Position numbers and translations under genes: made by a program. Of a stretch of 64,000 bases of DNA, positions 13,643-27,861 are shown in pieces. Origin of the DNA: Octopus vulgaris. Its lineage: Eukaryota. The notes below the pieces were generated by a model, which saw only the letters and a program-made list of their open reading frames with translations, made no database searches and was not told the origin of the DNA. Position 1 is the stretch's first letter, and each line of letters begins with the position of its first letter. The stretch covers positions 7,688,001 through 7,752,000 of the forward strand of contig OX597832.1 of the NCBI GenBank assembly GCA_951406725.2, in the 5' to 3' direction.

Positions 13643-13877
13643 GTGTTAAATGATTGCTGGGTTGAATTTATATTGGCACAAAAGGGATCTCTAGAGATCC
13701 TAGACAGGATCTTACAGGACATACATTACAAAAGCAAAAACAAGCCAATGCCTGAAGGCAATAGTACAAGTGAGGATGATAGGTACATTCTGGCCCTTTA
13801 GGACAAGTTATCCACAAAAGAAGGCGATGAATTCGTACTTGCCTTAAATCCTCATCACTTTGTATTGCATGTATTGT

Positions 13878-14169
13878 TACGATCACCATGGTTCCAGTTG
13901 ATCCGCTCAATGGAACAGCATGCTTGTGAAATTAACATGCAAGTGACTGAACACTCCACAGACACGTGTACCCTTAACATAGTTCTCAGGGACATTCAGT
14001 GTGGCCCAGAGTGTGACAAAGCTGGCCCTTTGAAATAAATACAGGTACAACTCTTTTTTGCCAACTGAGTAGACTGAAGCAACAAGGACACAACTTGTTA
14101 GCGGGAATTGAACTCACGATCTTACGATCGTAAGCCGAAAACCCCTACCCACTAAGCCAAGCGTTTCAC
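13878..14169 (-). mobile_element. tRNA-derived SINE (family E; head like D, different body)
   Basis: Minus-strand head gtgaaacgcttggcttagtgggtagggg...gatcgtgagttcaattccc. Confidence 0.7.
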
Positions 14170-14174
14170 AAATA

Positions 14175-14575
14175 CTCTTTCTCTCTCTTTTACTCTTTTA
14201 CTTGTTTCAGTCATTTGACTGCGGCCATGCTGGAACACCACCTTTAGTCGAGTAAATCAACCCCGGGACTTATTCTTTGTAAGCCCAGTACTTATTCTAT
14301 CGGTCTCTTTTGCTGAACCGCTAAGTAACGGGAACGTAAACACACCAGCAATGCTAGGGGGACAAACACAGACACACAAACATATACACACATACATATA
14401 TATATATACATATATACGACAGGCTTCTTTCAGTTTCCGTCTACCAAATCCACTCACAAGGCATTGGTCGGCCCGGGGCCATAGTAGAAGACACTTGCCC
14501 AAGATGCCACGCAGTGGGACTGAACCCGGAACCATGTGGTTGGTTACCAAGCTACTTACCACACAGCCACTCCTG
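14175..14575 (-). mobile_element. SINE family A, near full length
   Basis: Reverse complement of the 2388-2803 copy, with a short internal deletion. Confidence 0.9.
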
Positions 14576-14583
14576 TATTGTAA

Positions 14584-14978
14584 TCTTTATGTATAAAAGT
14601 GAAGTTGTGTGTCTGTCTCTTACGATTTAGATTCCTAACTACTCCCACATTTTGCGGTGCAGTTTAACCAAAAGCGGGTATCTTATAGTCGTGATTCATA
14701 TCGAGCCCTTCTGGGTATTAGCGCGCGTCTACGATGAGTCTACGATTTAAAAAAAAATTACCATCATTTTTTCCATTTTAATGCATTTTTTTCGCTATTA
14801 TATAAGGGAAGTAACTCTCTAAAATGTTTACGATGAGTCAACGATTTAAAAAAAAATTACCATCATTTTTTTTCCATTTTTAATGCATTTTTTTGCTATT
14901 TTTTGGCTATAACTCTCTAAAAATGCTTATATAGTTATTTCCCTTACAAACCCGAGCAACGCCGGGCGATACTGCTAG
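14584..14978 (+). mobile_element. non-autonomous Helitron (395 bp)
   Basis: A|TCTTTATGTATAAAAG start; hairpin cccgagcaacgccggg at 14951-14966; CTAG|T end; internal duplication of about 100 bp (14730 and 14829). Confidence 0.9.
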
Positions 14979-15436
14979 TAACTGAATAAATTTGTTTCCT
15001 ATGAGTATTTCAGGTTCCATATGCTATCATAATGATTTAATTTCCATAAGTAACTTACTTCCCATCATCCTATTTTCTACAGATTTTTCATATTATTTGT
15101 AGAATGAAGTAATATCAAGAATAAAATATCAACTATGTTCTATAACAGCTTAACAGGAAATACAACCGTTTCCTCTTTCTGCTGAACACGTGTCGTTATG
15201 TAATATTATGTAACATTTACATTAATTACGAAACATATGATTAATACTAAGCTGCAGTCTCTGGAACAGTGCATTATACAAAACACTGCTTTAAACGTTG
15301 AGGACAATAGTTTGATTTCTTGTACTGATAATATTTCATTCGAACGCCTTTATTACGAGTAATTCTTGGCCATTTACAACTACCCTACATCTTGACCTTC
15401 GTCAGGTATTTTGCCAATATACCAACCTACCTACCT

Positions 15437-15800
15437 ATGTATGTATGTATGTATGTATGTATGTATGTATGTATGTATGTATGTATGTATGTATGTATGT
15501 ATGTATGTGTGTGTGTGTGTATGTATGTATGCATGTATGTATGTGTGTGTGTATGTATGTATGTATGTATGTATGTATGTATGTATGTATGTATGTATGT
15601 ATGTATGTATGTGTGTATGTATGTATGTATTTATGTATGTATGTATGTATGTGTGTGTGTGTATGTATGTATGTATGTATGTTTGTATGTATGTCTGTCT
15701 GTATGTGTGTATGTATGTATGTATGAATGCATGTATGTATATATGTATGTACGTATGTCCTATGAATATATGTATCTGTGCATACATGTATGTATGTATG
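15437..15800. repeat. (TATG)n microsatellite
   Basis: Read directly; similar arrays at 16535, 19387, 40680, 43760 and 47465. Confidence 0.95.
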
Positions 15801-15810
15801 TAAATATTTG

Positions 15811-16207
15811 TTTTCTTTTACTTGTTTCAGTTATTTGACTGCGTCCATGCTGGGGTACTGCGTCGAAGGAGTTTTAAGTCGAGCGAATCAATCCCAGTAG
15901 TCTTTTGAAGGCTGGTACTACCATATCGGTCTGTTTTACCGGACCGCTAAGTTACGGGGATGTAAATAAGCCAAGACGGGTCGTCAAGCGGTGGTGGCGT
16001 ATAAACACAGACACGAACAAACACACACATACACACACAAACACGCACATACGACGAACTTCTTGCAGTTTTCTCTACCAAACCCACTCATACGGCTTTG
16101 TTAGACCCGATACTTTAGAAGATGACTCTTGTCCAAGATGCCACAGTGCGACTGGACTCAGACCTATATGGTCGGCAAGCAAACCTCTTACTACACAGCT
16201 ACGCCTG
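15811..16207 (-). mobile_element. SINE family A, diverged subfamily
   Basis: cttgtttcagttatttgactgcgtccatgctgg...ccgctaagttacgggga...ctacacagctacgcctg. Confidence 0.8.
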
Positions 16208-17532
16208 TGGCGTAAGTATGTATGTATGCATGTATGTATGTATCTATGTATGCATTTATATATGTACATCATTATGCAGTTTTATTTCAAGATCTCTTAC
16301 TAATAGAGAAAGAGCCGGTTTGTAACCTATATAGTTTTTCTATGTATGTATGTATATATGAATGTATATATGTATGTATGTATGCGTGTATGTATGCATA
16401 TGTACAGATTTGTATGTTTTGGTTTATGTATATATTCTCATGCCTATAGTTGAATGTCTAGTCATGCTCATATATACTTAAATGATAAACTTCTAGGACG
16501 TTTTAAAGATTTTTACAGTTCCAGGGAAGGTTTGTATGTATGTATGTATGTATGTATGTATGTATGTATGTATGTATGTATGTATGTATGTATGTATGTA
16601 TGTATGTTTGTATGTATGTATGTATGTACGTATGTACGTATGTATGTATGTACGTATGTATGTATGTATGTAATGCTCAAATCTTTAGAAATGAAATAAA
16701 TTTAAAATTACAATTTTAAAATTATAAAACCACACAGAAGATGTAATATAAATGGAAACCGATACTTTCTATGTTATCGACATACGGAGAGAAGAAAGGG
16801 GGAAGTCTCCTGACAGACAGTTTATTGCAGCTTTAAATAGCATCTAATCTATGGTATTCATTAAGAAACGAATCAATAACATCTTCTCTAATGGGCAGTC
16901 AACAAACCATACAACGACTGATCAGCTGGCTCCAGCTTTCTTTTTCCCCGCACGCTAATATCAGAGAAAGAATATGTTTATATTGTTATTGAAGGCATTG
17001 TGTAGTTATGATATGTTTAAATTTATTTCACTTTCGATTTATGCTGATAATGCATATGTTAAATATTGTAAAATTAATGACAAGGCGTCTAAATCACAGA
17101 TATGTAAACAAGACCTTCCATCACGGTTCTAGCCTAATTTATGACTGCCATATAGAAGCTGATCTGGTATTGATTCGAAAGATAGTACGTCTCTTTAGAG
17201 GAGCAGTCTACGAAACAGGAAAACAATGCGTCAGGGTGCTACCCCCCTCTCTCTCCCTCTATTTCTCTCTCTCTCTTTGTTACATATTATTAGTTTAGAA
17301 ATAATTTGTTTTAATGTTTAAATTTATATATTTATAAAATATGTGTGTGTGTGTGTATGAATTCACTCAAAAATACACATGCACATCACACACATATATG
17401 TGTATATTTATGTATAACGCAAACACAACTACATCTAACAGCGAAGCTGCGCCATATACGCATATATAAGGATAGATATATATGTATTCATGTGCATACA
17501 TATACATAAATGACTTAGTATGTGGCTGCACA

Positions 17533-17715
<183 letters not shown>

Positions 17716-19114
17716 GTGTATATTTATGTTTGTTTATAATCACATACATACGCATATATATTGTTTGGTCTTGTCATAACGGTTGACATATTTCATTTCG
17801 AAATGTTATGTCGTTGTTTCCTGAGACATTTCACTATTTTTCCATAACCATGTTACGGCTGTGTTATATTTATTGATGCATTTTTAACCGTCTATTTGTT
17901 TATTTGCTTTTCAACCTTTGGAACATTGTTCATTTTAGATTTTGCAGCAGTAAAACCAATATTTCTGGCGAGATGAGCATCTATATTTCATTAAAAGTAA
18001 ACTTGTAGTCAAGTACCGGGGTTGATACAAGTGTTTACTACTCTTCCGCAAATTTGAAATGTTGTTCCTTTGCTTGAAATTAATATTCCAAGGGAAAGAC
18101 CGGGAAACAGAATATTTCGAATCATTTATATGTGCTCCGGTTTTTGATGCTTAAAAACGATCTAAATCATTATTTTTTTTAGTATTTATGGTATATTGTA
18201 ATGAATCATACAATTTGTAGGAGGGCGTATGTATTTTGATTTGGTACGTTCTGACTTCAAAATGTCTCGTAGTTAATTCTATAGTTGGCAGGAAATTAGC
18301 TTATGTGCTACATATGCGGTGCCACCAATAGACTAAAGGTCTATCTGCTCACAGATGACAAGAGAAAGAATTTTAACACTGCTGTAAATGTTACTAACGC
18401 AAGAGTCAAAATCATCAGTATCAGCATTATCCACCACTCCTACCAAAAAACTCCCCCAAAAACAAACAAACAAACCCACTATATAACGAAAGAATTGTAG
18501 CAAAGCTGCATGCAGACCATCATATAACTTGTTTGATATTGCGTTTTTATTCTTCTCTTCCGGTTTATGAACTCAGAGTCCACATGAGCATTGCGTGTTC
18601 ATTCTTCTTTTCCCGGTTTCTATTCAAAACTGTTTACAGACCACAACTATTTCACGAACTGCGTTCCGATGGTTGTGAAGGAAATAACAATAGGAACACC
18701 AGTGTATTGTTACAAATAATAGTAATAATTATAGTGAGAGAAATTCCTAAAACAACACCAACATGCTATAACATCTGCACAAACGCAAATGGTGCCGACT
18801 TATTTCTCCATTCTCCATATCCTAAAACTCTGAATAGAGGCAGAAAACACCGCTAAGCTGTCTTTGTTCGAAGTTGAGTAAAAATTTGAACTATCGAACA
18901 GATTATGTATTCAAATATTAAGTTATTTAAATTTAATTTAAATATGAATTGTTGGGATGAAATCCGTGTTAGTAAATATTTGTTTCAGTTATTCAGGTTT
19001 GTTGATGCTTTGCTAAGTTTGTGTATGTTGGGAGAAGAAAGTATTTGGGCAAAGATAGTGTTAGTAAGAGTAACATACACACACACATATATATCTACAT
19101 ACACATACGTATAC

Positions 19115-19383
19115 TACATACAAAATTTAGAGGAATGACCACCAAAGTGGACTCCTAATATGCTAAATTTCAGCTAAATGCGTTATGCTGAAATTTTTCT
19201 AGAGAACACACTCTTCGTGGTAATGGCAATTTGACGTCTATATTTAGCATATTAGGAGTCTACATTGGTGGTCATCCCTCTTAATTTTGTATGTAATATA
19301 ATTTTTAATCTTCGGATTTTCTTAAATATGCTAAACCACTGGTTTTAATAGATTAATATCAATTTCTACCCTCATTATTTAAT
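19115..19383. mobile_element. microsatellite-embedded hairpin element (PLE-like terminal fragment)
   Basis: 54-bp inverted arms 19115-19168 and 19242-19295; the adjacent end resembles 35590-35690 in reverse. Confidence 0.55.
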
Positions 19384-19452
19384 TATACATACATACATAC
19401 ATACATACATACATACATACATACATACATACATACATACATACATACATAA

Positions 19453-19525
<73 letters not shown>

Positions 19526-19690
19526 AGAAATTAAAAAAGGAAAATACGCACTCTTACATAGTTTTAATATAATTCTTAATATATCGACTGGTTTTGCTAT
19601 CGCTATTCATGATATTATATTTTACTTATTTTAATATGTAATTTTTCTTAAGAAGAAATTTTGTCCATGATGTGTTATGAAAGTTACGAG

Positions 19691-19727
<37 letters not shown>

Positions 19728-20837
19728 TCATGTCTGTCATAGACTTGTGTATTTGTGGAGTTGGAATCACTTACTGGACATTGTCCTTCTACATGTTAGT
19801 TATGAGATATTTCAGCTACTTATTCTGTAGCTTCTGTCAATATTTTGGCCGTTCAAAAGAAATAGTAACTATGCAAGACAAAGAGAGTGATTCTCGAAAT
19901 ACCCACTAGAAATAGTCAAATTCCTCATTCTCCTAGAAGTAAGCAAATCCTTCATGCCCGAAGAAAAGTGGACGGATAGAGGGTGTCAGTTAAAATAAGA
20001 TAAACTGAGCACAAGAGAAATGACTGAATAATATGAGGTATTGCATTGCCAGCTCAAGGAACATCATTTCAGAATTCGGTTGCCTTGAGTCATAACATTT
20101 ATTTTACAAACGTTGGTTTACCAAACGTTGAAAATATATCCCTGATAAATCAAAGAGGAAGGCTCTACACGGTTTCTAGAAATGTTAGAAATAATCGCTA
20201 TATCTCTCAGAAACAAACTGGTGAAATTACTGTTCTAAAACGTTTGCATGATGTATTGGATAATCTATTTTAAGGTAAGCTTCACTGGAAAAACAGAAAA
20301 TTCCTCTTCAACGATTTTAAATACGAAGTATACTCGACCTCGACTGATCTACTACACAATAACAGCACACCACCATGAACAACAACAACAACAACAAAAC
20401 TAACAACAACAGGTTCTTTATAACCCAGAACGTATATCGTAAAATCATCATATACATGGTACAAATGTAACCTTTCACATTTTATAACATTATATATTCT
20501 TGAGTAAAGCAAGGCTTTATGAGTTACTGAGATTTCTACGAAACTTTCACTTCTACCACAATGCAGTCAAAGTAATCCAATATACAGATATGTGTACGCA
20601 GTTATTTTGTATGGATTGCATGTTAAAGAAATAACATTGAATTACAATTGAATAAAGGATGACAGGTTTATGAAATACATAAAATATTCGATGAATATTT
20701 AACATTATATTTCACTGGTACTGATATATATAAAATGATATTTGTCGAATATATAATATTTATATCTGCATACAACAACGATATCATACATCAAAAATCC
20801 TCGGGTACGCTATAGAGCACAATCTGTACTTTCTTTC

Positions 20838-20910
<73 letters not shown>

Positions 20911-20947
20911 TTTCTTTCTCTCTGCATATATTCTTTTATTGCTTTAT

Positions 20948-21103
20948 TCTTTTACTTGTTTCAGTCATTTGACTGCGTTCTTGTGGGAGCACCACCTTTA
21001 GTCGAACAAATCGACTCCACTACTTATTCTTTGTAAGAATAGTACTTATTCTATCGTATCGTTTGCCGAACCGCTAAGTTACGGGGACATAAACACACCA
21101 ACA
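20948..21103 (-). mobile_element. SINE family A 3' part
   Basis: cttgtttcagtcatttgactgcg...ccgctaagttacggggacataaacacacc. Confidence 0.8.
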
Positions 21104-21280
21104 TGTTATATATATAAATAATATATATATATATATACACGATATAGTGTATATTTCAACACATAAGGAATCCACTTATAGGGATTCTACACGCTAGAAA
21201 GAACAGCTAGGTTCTATAACCACAAAAATTGCGGATAAAATTCGACAGGAATAAATTTGGAAAGGAAAAACATTTACCAT

Positions 21281-21371
21281 CTAGTTTCCTGGACCAATTG
21301 GTTTCTAATCTTCCTTTAGCGAGTCAAGGAGAACCCACAAAGTCTGATTATCTTCAGCAGGTCCAATCTAG
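21281..21371 (-). ncRNA. type I hammerhead ribozyme motif (in a PLE-like element at about 21140-21443)
   Basis: ctag-attgga-cctg | CTGAAGA | taatc...gatta | GAAA | ccaattgg | TC | cagg-aaa-ctag: core, three stems and GUC site all present. Confidence 0.8.
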
Positions 21372-21508
21372 GGTTAAACACATCAACACGAGACAAACAA
21401 GACTACATGTCTCGTGTTTATACGAACTAACTTTTCAAATTTTATATATATATATATATATATATATGTACATACATACATACATACATACATACATACA
21501 CACACGCA

Positions 21509-21597
<89 letters not shown>

Positions 21598-21599
<2 letters not shown>

Positions 21600-22890
21600 C
21601 ATGTTGAGTCACAAGTTTTTTCGTCTTTCAATCTGTAATTTATAGTACATACAAATTACTTAGAAAAGGCTTTTGTTCATCAAAATATATCTGATCATAT
21701 TCTCTTGTCTTTGATTAGAAGTAAAAATCTCACTGCACCCGTTTTGAGCCTCACCCACGTTGTTGAAGCTCCGTCCGTACAGGAAATGAGCTACTGCTCG
21801 GAAAAGATGGTGATCGGGCGATTTAAGGTCTGGACTCTAGGTAGGGTGAGACAGCGCTTTCAGGTCTCAAGTTCCTTAAATCTGCACTTATTTCTTTATT
21901 GCCAACAAGGGGCTAAATATAAAGGGGACAAACAAGGACAGACAATGGGATTAAGTCGATTACATCGACCCCGGTGCGTAACTGGTACTTAATTTATCGC
22001 CCCCCGAAAAGATAAAAGGCAAAGTCGACCTCGGTGGAATTTGAACTCTGAACGTAACGGCAGACGAAACACCGCTAAGCATTTCGCCCGGCGTGCTAAC
22101 GTTTCTGCCAGCTCGCCGCCTTTACAAATTTGCGCTTGATCACGTTGGCAGTGTGTGTGTGGTGAGGTTTGTCATACTTTAAGAGTTGGCGTTTTTCATT
22201 GACGAATGATCGGTAACAGACTTCCAATGTATTGTATACTCGCTGATGTTTTTGAGTATAAAGATTAGGTTTCACTGCATGATCATCTGGGACAACGTTC
22301 ATCGAAAATCCACCAAACATACAACATGACCTTCTGTTCAAACTGTCCTTGTTTGACAACAGTTTCTGAAGCCTGAGAGGAACGAAGCCACCAATTTCTC
22401 TTTTAGAATTACGAAAATAGAGTCATTATTCATCCTCAGTCACAATTCGACGCCAAGAAATGTCATCTCGAGGATTTGTCTGCAGTTTTTTGCAAATATT
22501 CACACATCGTTGAGCCTGGTCATCGGGCGGTATATCAGAAACTTCGAGACAGCGTCTGTTCAAAAGGCCGAGCTTATGGATGTGTAGAATGATGGTGCTT
22601 GGGGTGATAACAATGTACGAGCGCCTGTGCATGGTTGTTGTTCCACCATATCAACCAAGGCTTCGTCTTCGATATCCAAAGGTCTTCCTGACGTTGTTTT
22701 GTTTTAGAGGCTGGTGCAACCGTCCTTGAAACGTCGGAACCAGTTTATATCACACATTAGAGATCCTGTGCTTTCCACTTCATTCATTTCTTTTGCCGCT
22801 GCCATTTCACTGAGACTTTTTTCTCCTTAATTTTTGTAAAAAGGCTCAAATTACAATATTTTCACCACTCCTTATCACATCTGTGATATA
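21598..22890 (-). mobile_element. mariner (DD34D) transposon, pseudogenised, split by a SINE
   Basis: Minus-strand WFRRFKDG (HTH), WRRIVTEDE, LLKYDKPHHTHTA and SHPT*SPDLKSPDHHLFRAVAHFL (like HPPYSPDLAPSDYHLF). Confidence 0.85.
21890..22120 (-). mobile_element. SINE family B, full length, inside the mariner transposase
   Basis: Full match to family B; possible diverged TSD aaatctgcactt (21878-21889) / aaatttgcgctt (22126-22137). Confidence 0.9.
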
Positions 22891-22977
22891 AAGAATAAAC
22901 AATTCATCAATGATGACCAACAGATTGTAACAAACTAGCGATATAGCTGTCAAAAAACATTACTAAAAATATTTTTA

Positions 22978-23144
22978 GGCACAGGAGTGGCTATGTGGTA
23001 AGTAGATTGCTTACCAGCCACATGGTCCTGGGTTCATTCCCACTGCGTGGCACCGTGGGCAGGTTTCTTCTTCTGTAGCTTCGGGCCGACCAAATCCACT
23101 TATGAGTGGATTTGGTAGACGGAAACTAAAAGAAGCCCATCGTA

Positions 23145-23202
<58 letters not shown>

Positions 23203-23492
23203 GAAAATAGTAAAAAGTGAAAAAACTACAGAAGGCTTGTTTTATAAGGTTAAAAAATATATATTTGAGTCAATATGTCTGAAGAATGTTATAAATTTTT
23301 TTCATACAATGACATAGTATAGAAGAAATGACCGGTTTCGTGTTCAGCTTTTCAAATTTCTTAAAACGTTATGTTTACGTTGAGCGGTGATCTAGATAAT
23401 AAGTGATTTCTTCCGGTGTAAGGGAAATAATCGCTTAAAATTATTTGCCTTTCTTTTGGATTGAGTTTCTCTGTATAAGTATGTTGGAATGG

Positions 23493-23548
<56 letters not shown>

Positions 23549-23770
23549 GTCTGTGTGTGTGTGTTTGTGTGTTTGTTCCCTCAACATCGCTTGACAACCG
23601 ATGCTGGTGTGTTAACGTCCTCGTAACATAGCGGTTCGGCCAAAGAGAATGATAGAATAAATACTAAGCTTACAAAGAATAGTCCTGGGGTAGATTTGCT
23701 CGACTTAAAAGGCGGTGCTCCAGCATGGCCGCAGTCACATGACTGAAACAAGTAAAAGAGAGTTAAGAGT
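22978..23770 (+). mobile_element. SINE family A split in its internal (TA)n by a PLE-like insert of about 290 bp
   Basis: 5' half 22978-23142, insert about 23202-23493, 3' half about 23545-23770. Confidence 0.85.
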
Positions 23771-23944
23771 GTATACACACACACAGACACATATATGTCT
23801 ATATATACACATATATACATACACACACACACACTCCTCACACACACTACACACACACGTGCATGAGAGTTAGGTGCTATGGATTGATGAATAGCGAATG
23901 ATGTGTTTACTGTTATATCACACACAGTTTATTTTTAGCCACGT

Positions 23945-24150
23945 TTCAGAGAGCTAAGCCAGGCAAGATGCTTAGCATTTCTACATTTTATCCGTCATTA
24001 CATTCTGAGTTCAAATTCCACCGAAATCGACTTTGGCATTCATACTTTCTGAGTCGATAAAATATGTACCTGTTGAGCTCTGGGGTCAATGCAATCTCCT
24101 ATCGCCCTTTCCTTAAATTTCAAGTTTTCTGCCTAAAGAAGAAAGCAATA
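23945..24150 (+). mobile_element. diverged family B-related SINE
   Basis: ttctgagttcaaattccaccgaaatcgacttt...ggggtcaatgcaatc; relatives at 31937-32157, 32175-32385, 32610-32722, 45505-45665, 48970-49130 and 51190-51355. Confidence 0.7.
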
Positions 24151-24550
24151 TTATGAGTGTCAAAAAAAATCTCTTCCATTTGACTGATGAGTGGTGAATT
24201 AACTGTTTACTGCTATATTATGCACACACATTACTTTTAGCAATGGTTCAAACTGTCAAAAAACCTTTTCTATTTAAGGAGCGGATCTTCATTTTCCCTT
24301 CTTTTGCACTCTCTTTCCCTCCTTCCTCTCTTTTCCTGTTTTTCACTACTTCACACCATTCTTTATACCCTCCTTTTTCTCTCTCTCTCTCTCCATCTCT
24401 ATCTCTCTTTCTCTGTCACGTATCACCTTCTTATGCTTCTTGATATGGTTGTTGTTGTTGTTGTTACTGCTGCTGTTGTTCTTTCCTTGAGTTTGTTCTC
24501 CCTCCTTTGATACTCCTCTCCTCTCTCTGCATCCCATATCTTTCACGCCC

Positions 24551-24582
<32 letters not shown>

Positions 24583-25124
24583 CTTCTTCTTCTTCTTCTT
24601 CTTCTTCTTCTTCTCCTATTCCCTCTGGCTTTCCCTCCTGTCTTCTGCATTTGCCTGTGCCTCCTCGCCTTCCACTTTCTTATTTCCTCCGCTTTCTCTG
24701 TTTACCAAATTCCTAGACACGTGGTTGCTACAGTAAAATGGCGGTGCGATGGTAATAGTGATGCTGAGTGCTTCAGGTCAATATTTTCATTAAACACCGT
24801 TAATTAAAACAAAAGGTAAAGTGATGAGACAAAGAACAAAAAAGCATAAAAAAAGGGGGGAAAAAGAACACAAACAAATAAACTAACAAGATGTAGTCCA
24901 GAAAAGATGGGAAAATAGAAGAACTAAATAAATACTGAAAGAGATGAACGAAAAAGAGTAAGGTGGGAAGAACGGGGGGATGGGTTGAAAGTATAAAGTC
25001 AATATAAGAATGTGTGAAGAAAGACATACATAAATAAATGGATAAATAAAACAAGAAACAAAGAACAACATAAATAATTGCAAAATCAGATGAAAGAAAT
25101 TTAAAAGAAAAAATAATGTCTTGG

Positions 25125-25140
25125 GATAATGATGATGGTG

Positions 25141-25171
<31 letters not shown>

Positions 25172-25231
25172 TAATAATGATGATGATGATGTTGATTATA
25201 ATAATAATAAAAATAAATAATGATGATGATG

Positions 25232-25280
<49 letters not shown>

Positions 25281-25288
25281 TGATGGTG

Positions 25289-25325
<37 letters not shown>

Positions 25326-25594
25326 TAATAATGATGATGATGATAATGATTATAATAATAAAAATAATAATGATGATGATGATGATTATAATAATAATAA
25401 AAATAATAATAAGGATGATGATGATGATGATGATTATAATAATAATAGTAATAATAATGATGATGATGACGATGATAACAATAAGGAAGGAAAAAAGAAT
25501 AAAATATCCGGAGAGGATGTGTTTAAAAGTGAGTAAAAAAAAATGATTAATGATGGCGATGGTGAGGACGGCAACGATGATGATGATGGTAACA

Positions 25595-25683
<89 letters not shown>

Positions 25684-25742
25684 GATGGTGGGGGTGGTAA
25701 CGATGATGATGATGATGATTATGATGATGATGATGATGATGT

Positions 25743-25810
<68 letters not shown>

Positions 25811-26182
25811 TTGATGATGATGATGATGATGGTGCGGAAGGGGATGAGTATGAGGATGCTGGTTATAACGGTGGTGGTACTGAGGATATTGATGTTAGTG
25901 ATGCTATCGGTGAGGTGAGGCGATGGGGGATAACTATGAAGGCGGCGAAAGTGATGATGAAGACGACGAAGAGAACTACGAAGACGATGATGATAACGAT
26001 GATAGTGATGTGAGCCATGATGGTGATATGGAGGGTAATGGCGACAACGAAACAGACATTATAAAGATATTAATGATGGCGGTGATGATGAAGTTGGTAA
26101 TGAATGTCACGAGGATCATGATGACAAAGATGATCATAATGGTCAATAAACTGGCAGTGATGATGGCGATGTTGATGTATTC

Positions 26183-26216
<34 letters not shown>

Positions 26217-26330
26217 ATGACAACGATGATGATGAAAATGCTGAAAATGAGAATGTTGATTACGATGATGAGAATGTTGATTACGATGATGATGATGTTG
26301 ATGATGATGAAGATGATGAATATGATGAAT

Positions 26331-26377
<47 letters not shown>

Positions 26378-26515
26378 GATGATGATGATGGTGATGATGA
26401 TGATTATGATGATGAAGATGATGATGATGGTGATTATGATGATGATGATGACGATGATGTTTATGATGATGATGACGATGATGATGTTGATGATGATGAT
26501 GATGACGATGATGAT

Positions 26516-26546
<31 letters not shown>

Positions 26547-26710
26547 ATGATGATAACGATGATGATGATGATGATGATGACGGTGACGATGGTGATGATA
26601 ATGATGATGACGATGATGACTATGATGTTGATTATGGTGATGATGATGATGATGAGGACGACGATTGTGATGATGATGATGACGATGATGATGATGATGA
26701 TGATGATGAA
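25125..26710. repeat. 1.6 kb (AAT)n/(GAT)n trinucleotide region
   Basis: Read directly; produces spurious poly-D/M/I/N/H ORFs. Confidence 0.95.
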
Positions 26711-27861
26711 GTATGACAAACTCCAAAAATACAGGAAAAAAAGTAACTGCGAATTTGAACACACGAGCAATGACAAAGTAGCTAAAACGCCTTTCTAAGT
26801 ATGATCGTTGGCTCTCGTATCGGAAAGGAAATACTAACTAAAACTGTCACTATTTTCGGTAATTAATATGATTAATGAACCAGGTGTCACTTCTAGTTGA
26901 GCAATTAGTGAATCACATGACATTCATTGTAGAATAAATAGTGAATGCGGTGACGCACTAACCTTTGTCGTCTCTACGAAGAAATGGATTTGAAACGAGC
27001 TACACAAGGCAAATTCTCATTTTGTTAATAGGTAATCTCTCAGGAAATGGCTTTTAGCTGTGACACTTATTTTTATTTCGGTTGATTGCGGTGTCTGAAT
27101 ATTAGATATGCACAATATTAAAACCTTTTAAAATTCGTATGATTATCTGTTATTATATCGACCCATTGTAACTGCATTTATATTTAACAATTACATAAAG
27201 AGGATCGGTGCTACAAGAGAGCATCTCGCTGGTGGTTTAAGGTGCCAGAAATAACAATCTCTCTCTCTAATAACGGCTTATCATCTTTGAACGCCCTTGG
27301 TTTCGACTAGGATTCTGTTCGACCAGAATGCATTTGTGCCTTGCAACACAGCCACGCTGCATTACAGCAACTAAATCACAAAACACTACAGCTACATCGA
27401 CAATATGAAGAAGAGAGAGACCCACCCGACTTTACAAGAAATAGCATACAAATCTTCCTCAGATATTGCAGTATTATCGGAATAGTTAGGGTTGAAATGT
27501 ACATAAAGCATGAGCAACATTCTGTTCCATCACATGTGATCTATACCTAACAGATATATTCTACCGCCTTCTTCTCATCATCATCATCATCATCATCCTC
27601 ATCCTCCTCCTCCTCCTCCTCCTCATCATCATCATCATCATCATCCTCCTCCTCATCATCATCATCATCACTATCACACGCACACGACGAGCTTCTGTGC
27701 ATTTTCCACCGATCGGATTTACTTACTATACAAAGGATGGCTCATGGATATAGTGGAAGTCACTTGCCCAACATGCCACAAAGTGGGACTGAACCCGAAA
27801 CCATGCGGTTGAATGCAAATTCTTTAATCTTGTGTCCTGTGTGAATAGTTTCATTGAAATA

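Noticed and set aside
25129-26798. Asp-rich or Met-rich ORFs (aspein- or reflectin-like)
   Set aside because: (GAT)n/(AAT)n microsatellite; no signal peptide, reflectin motif or splice structure visible.
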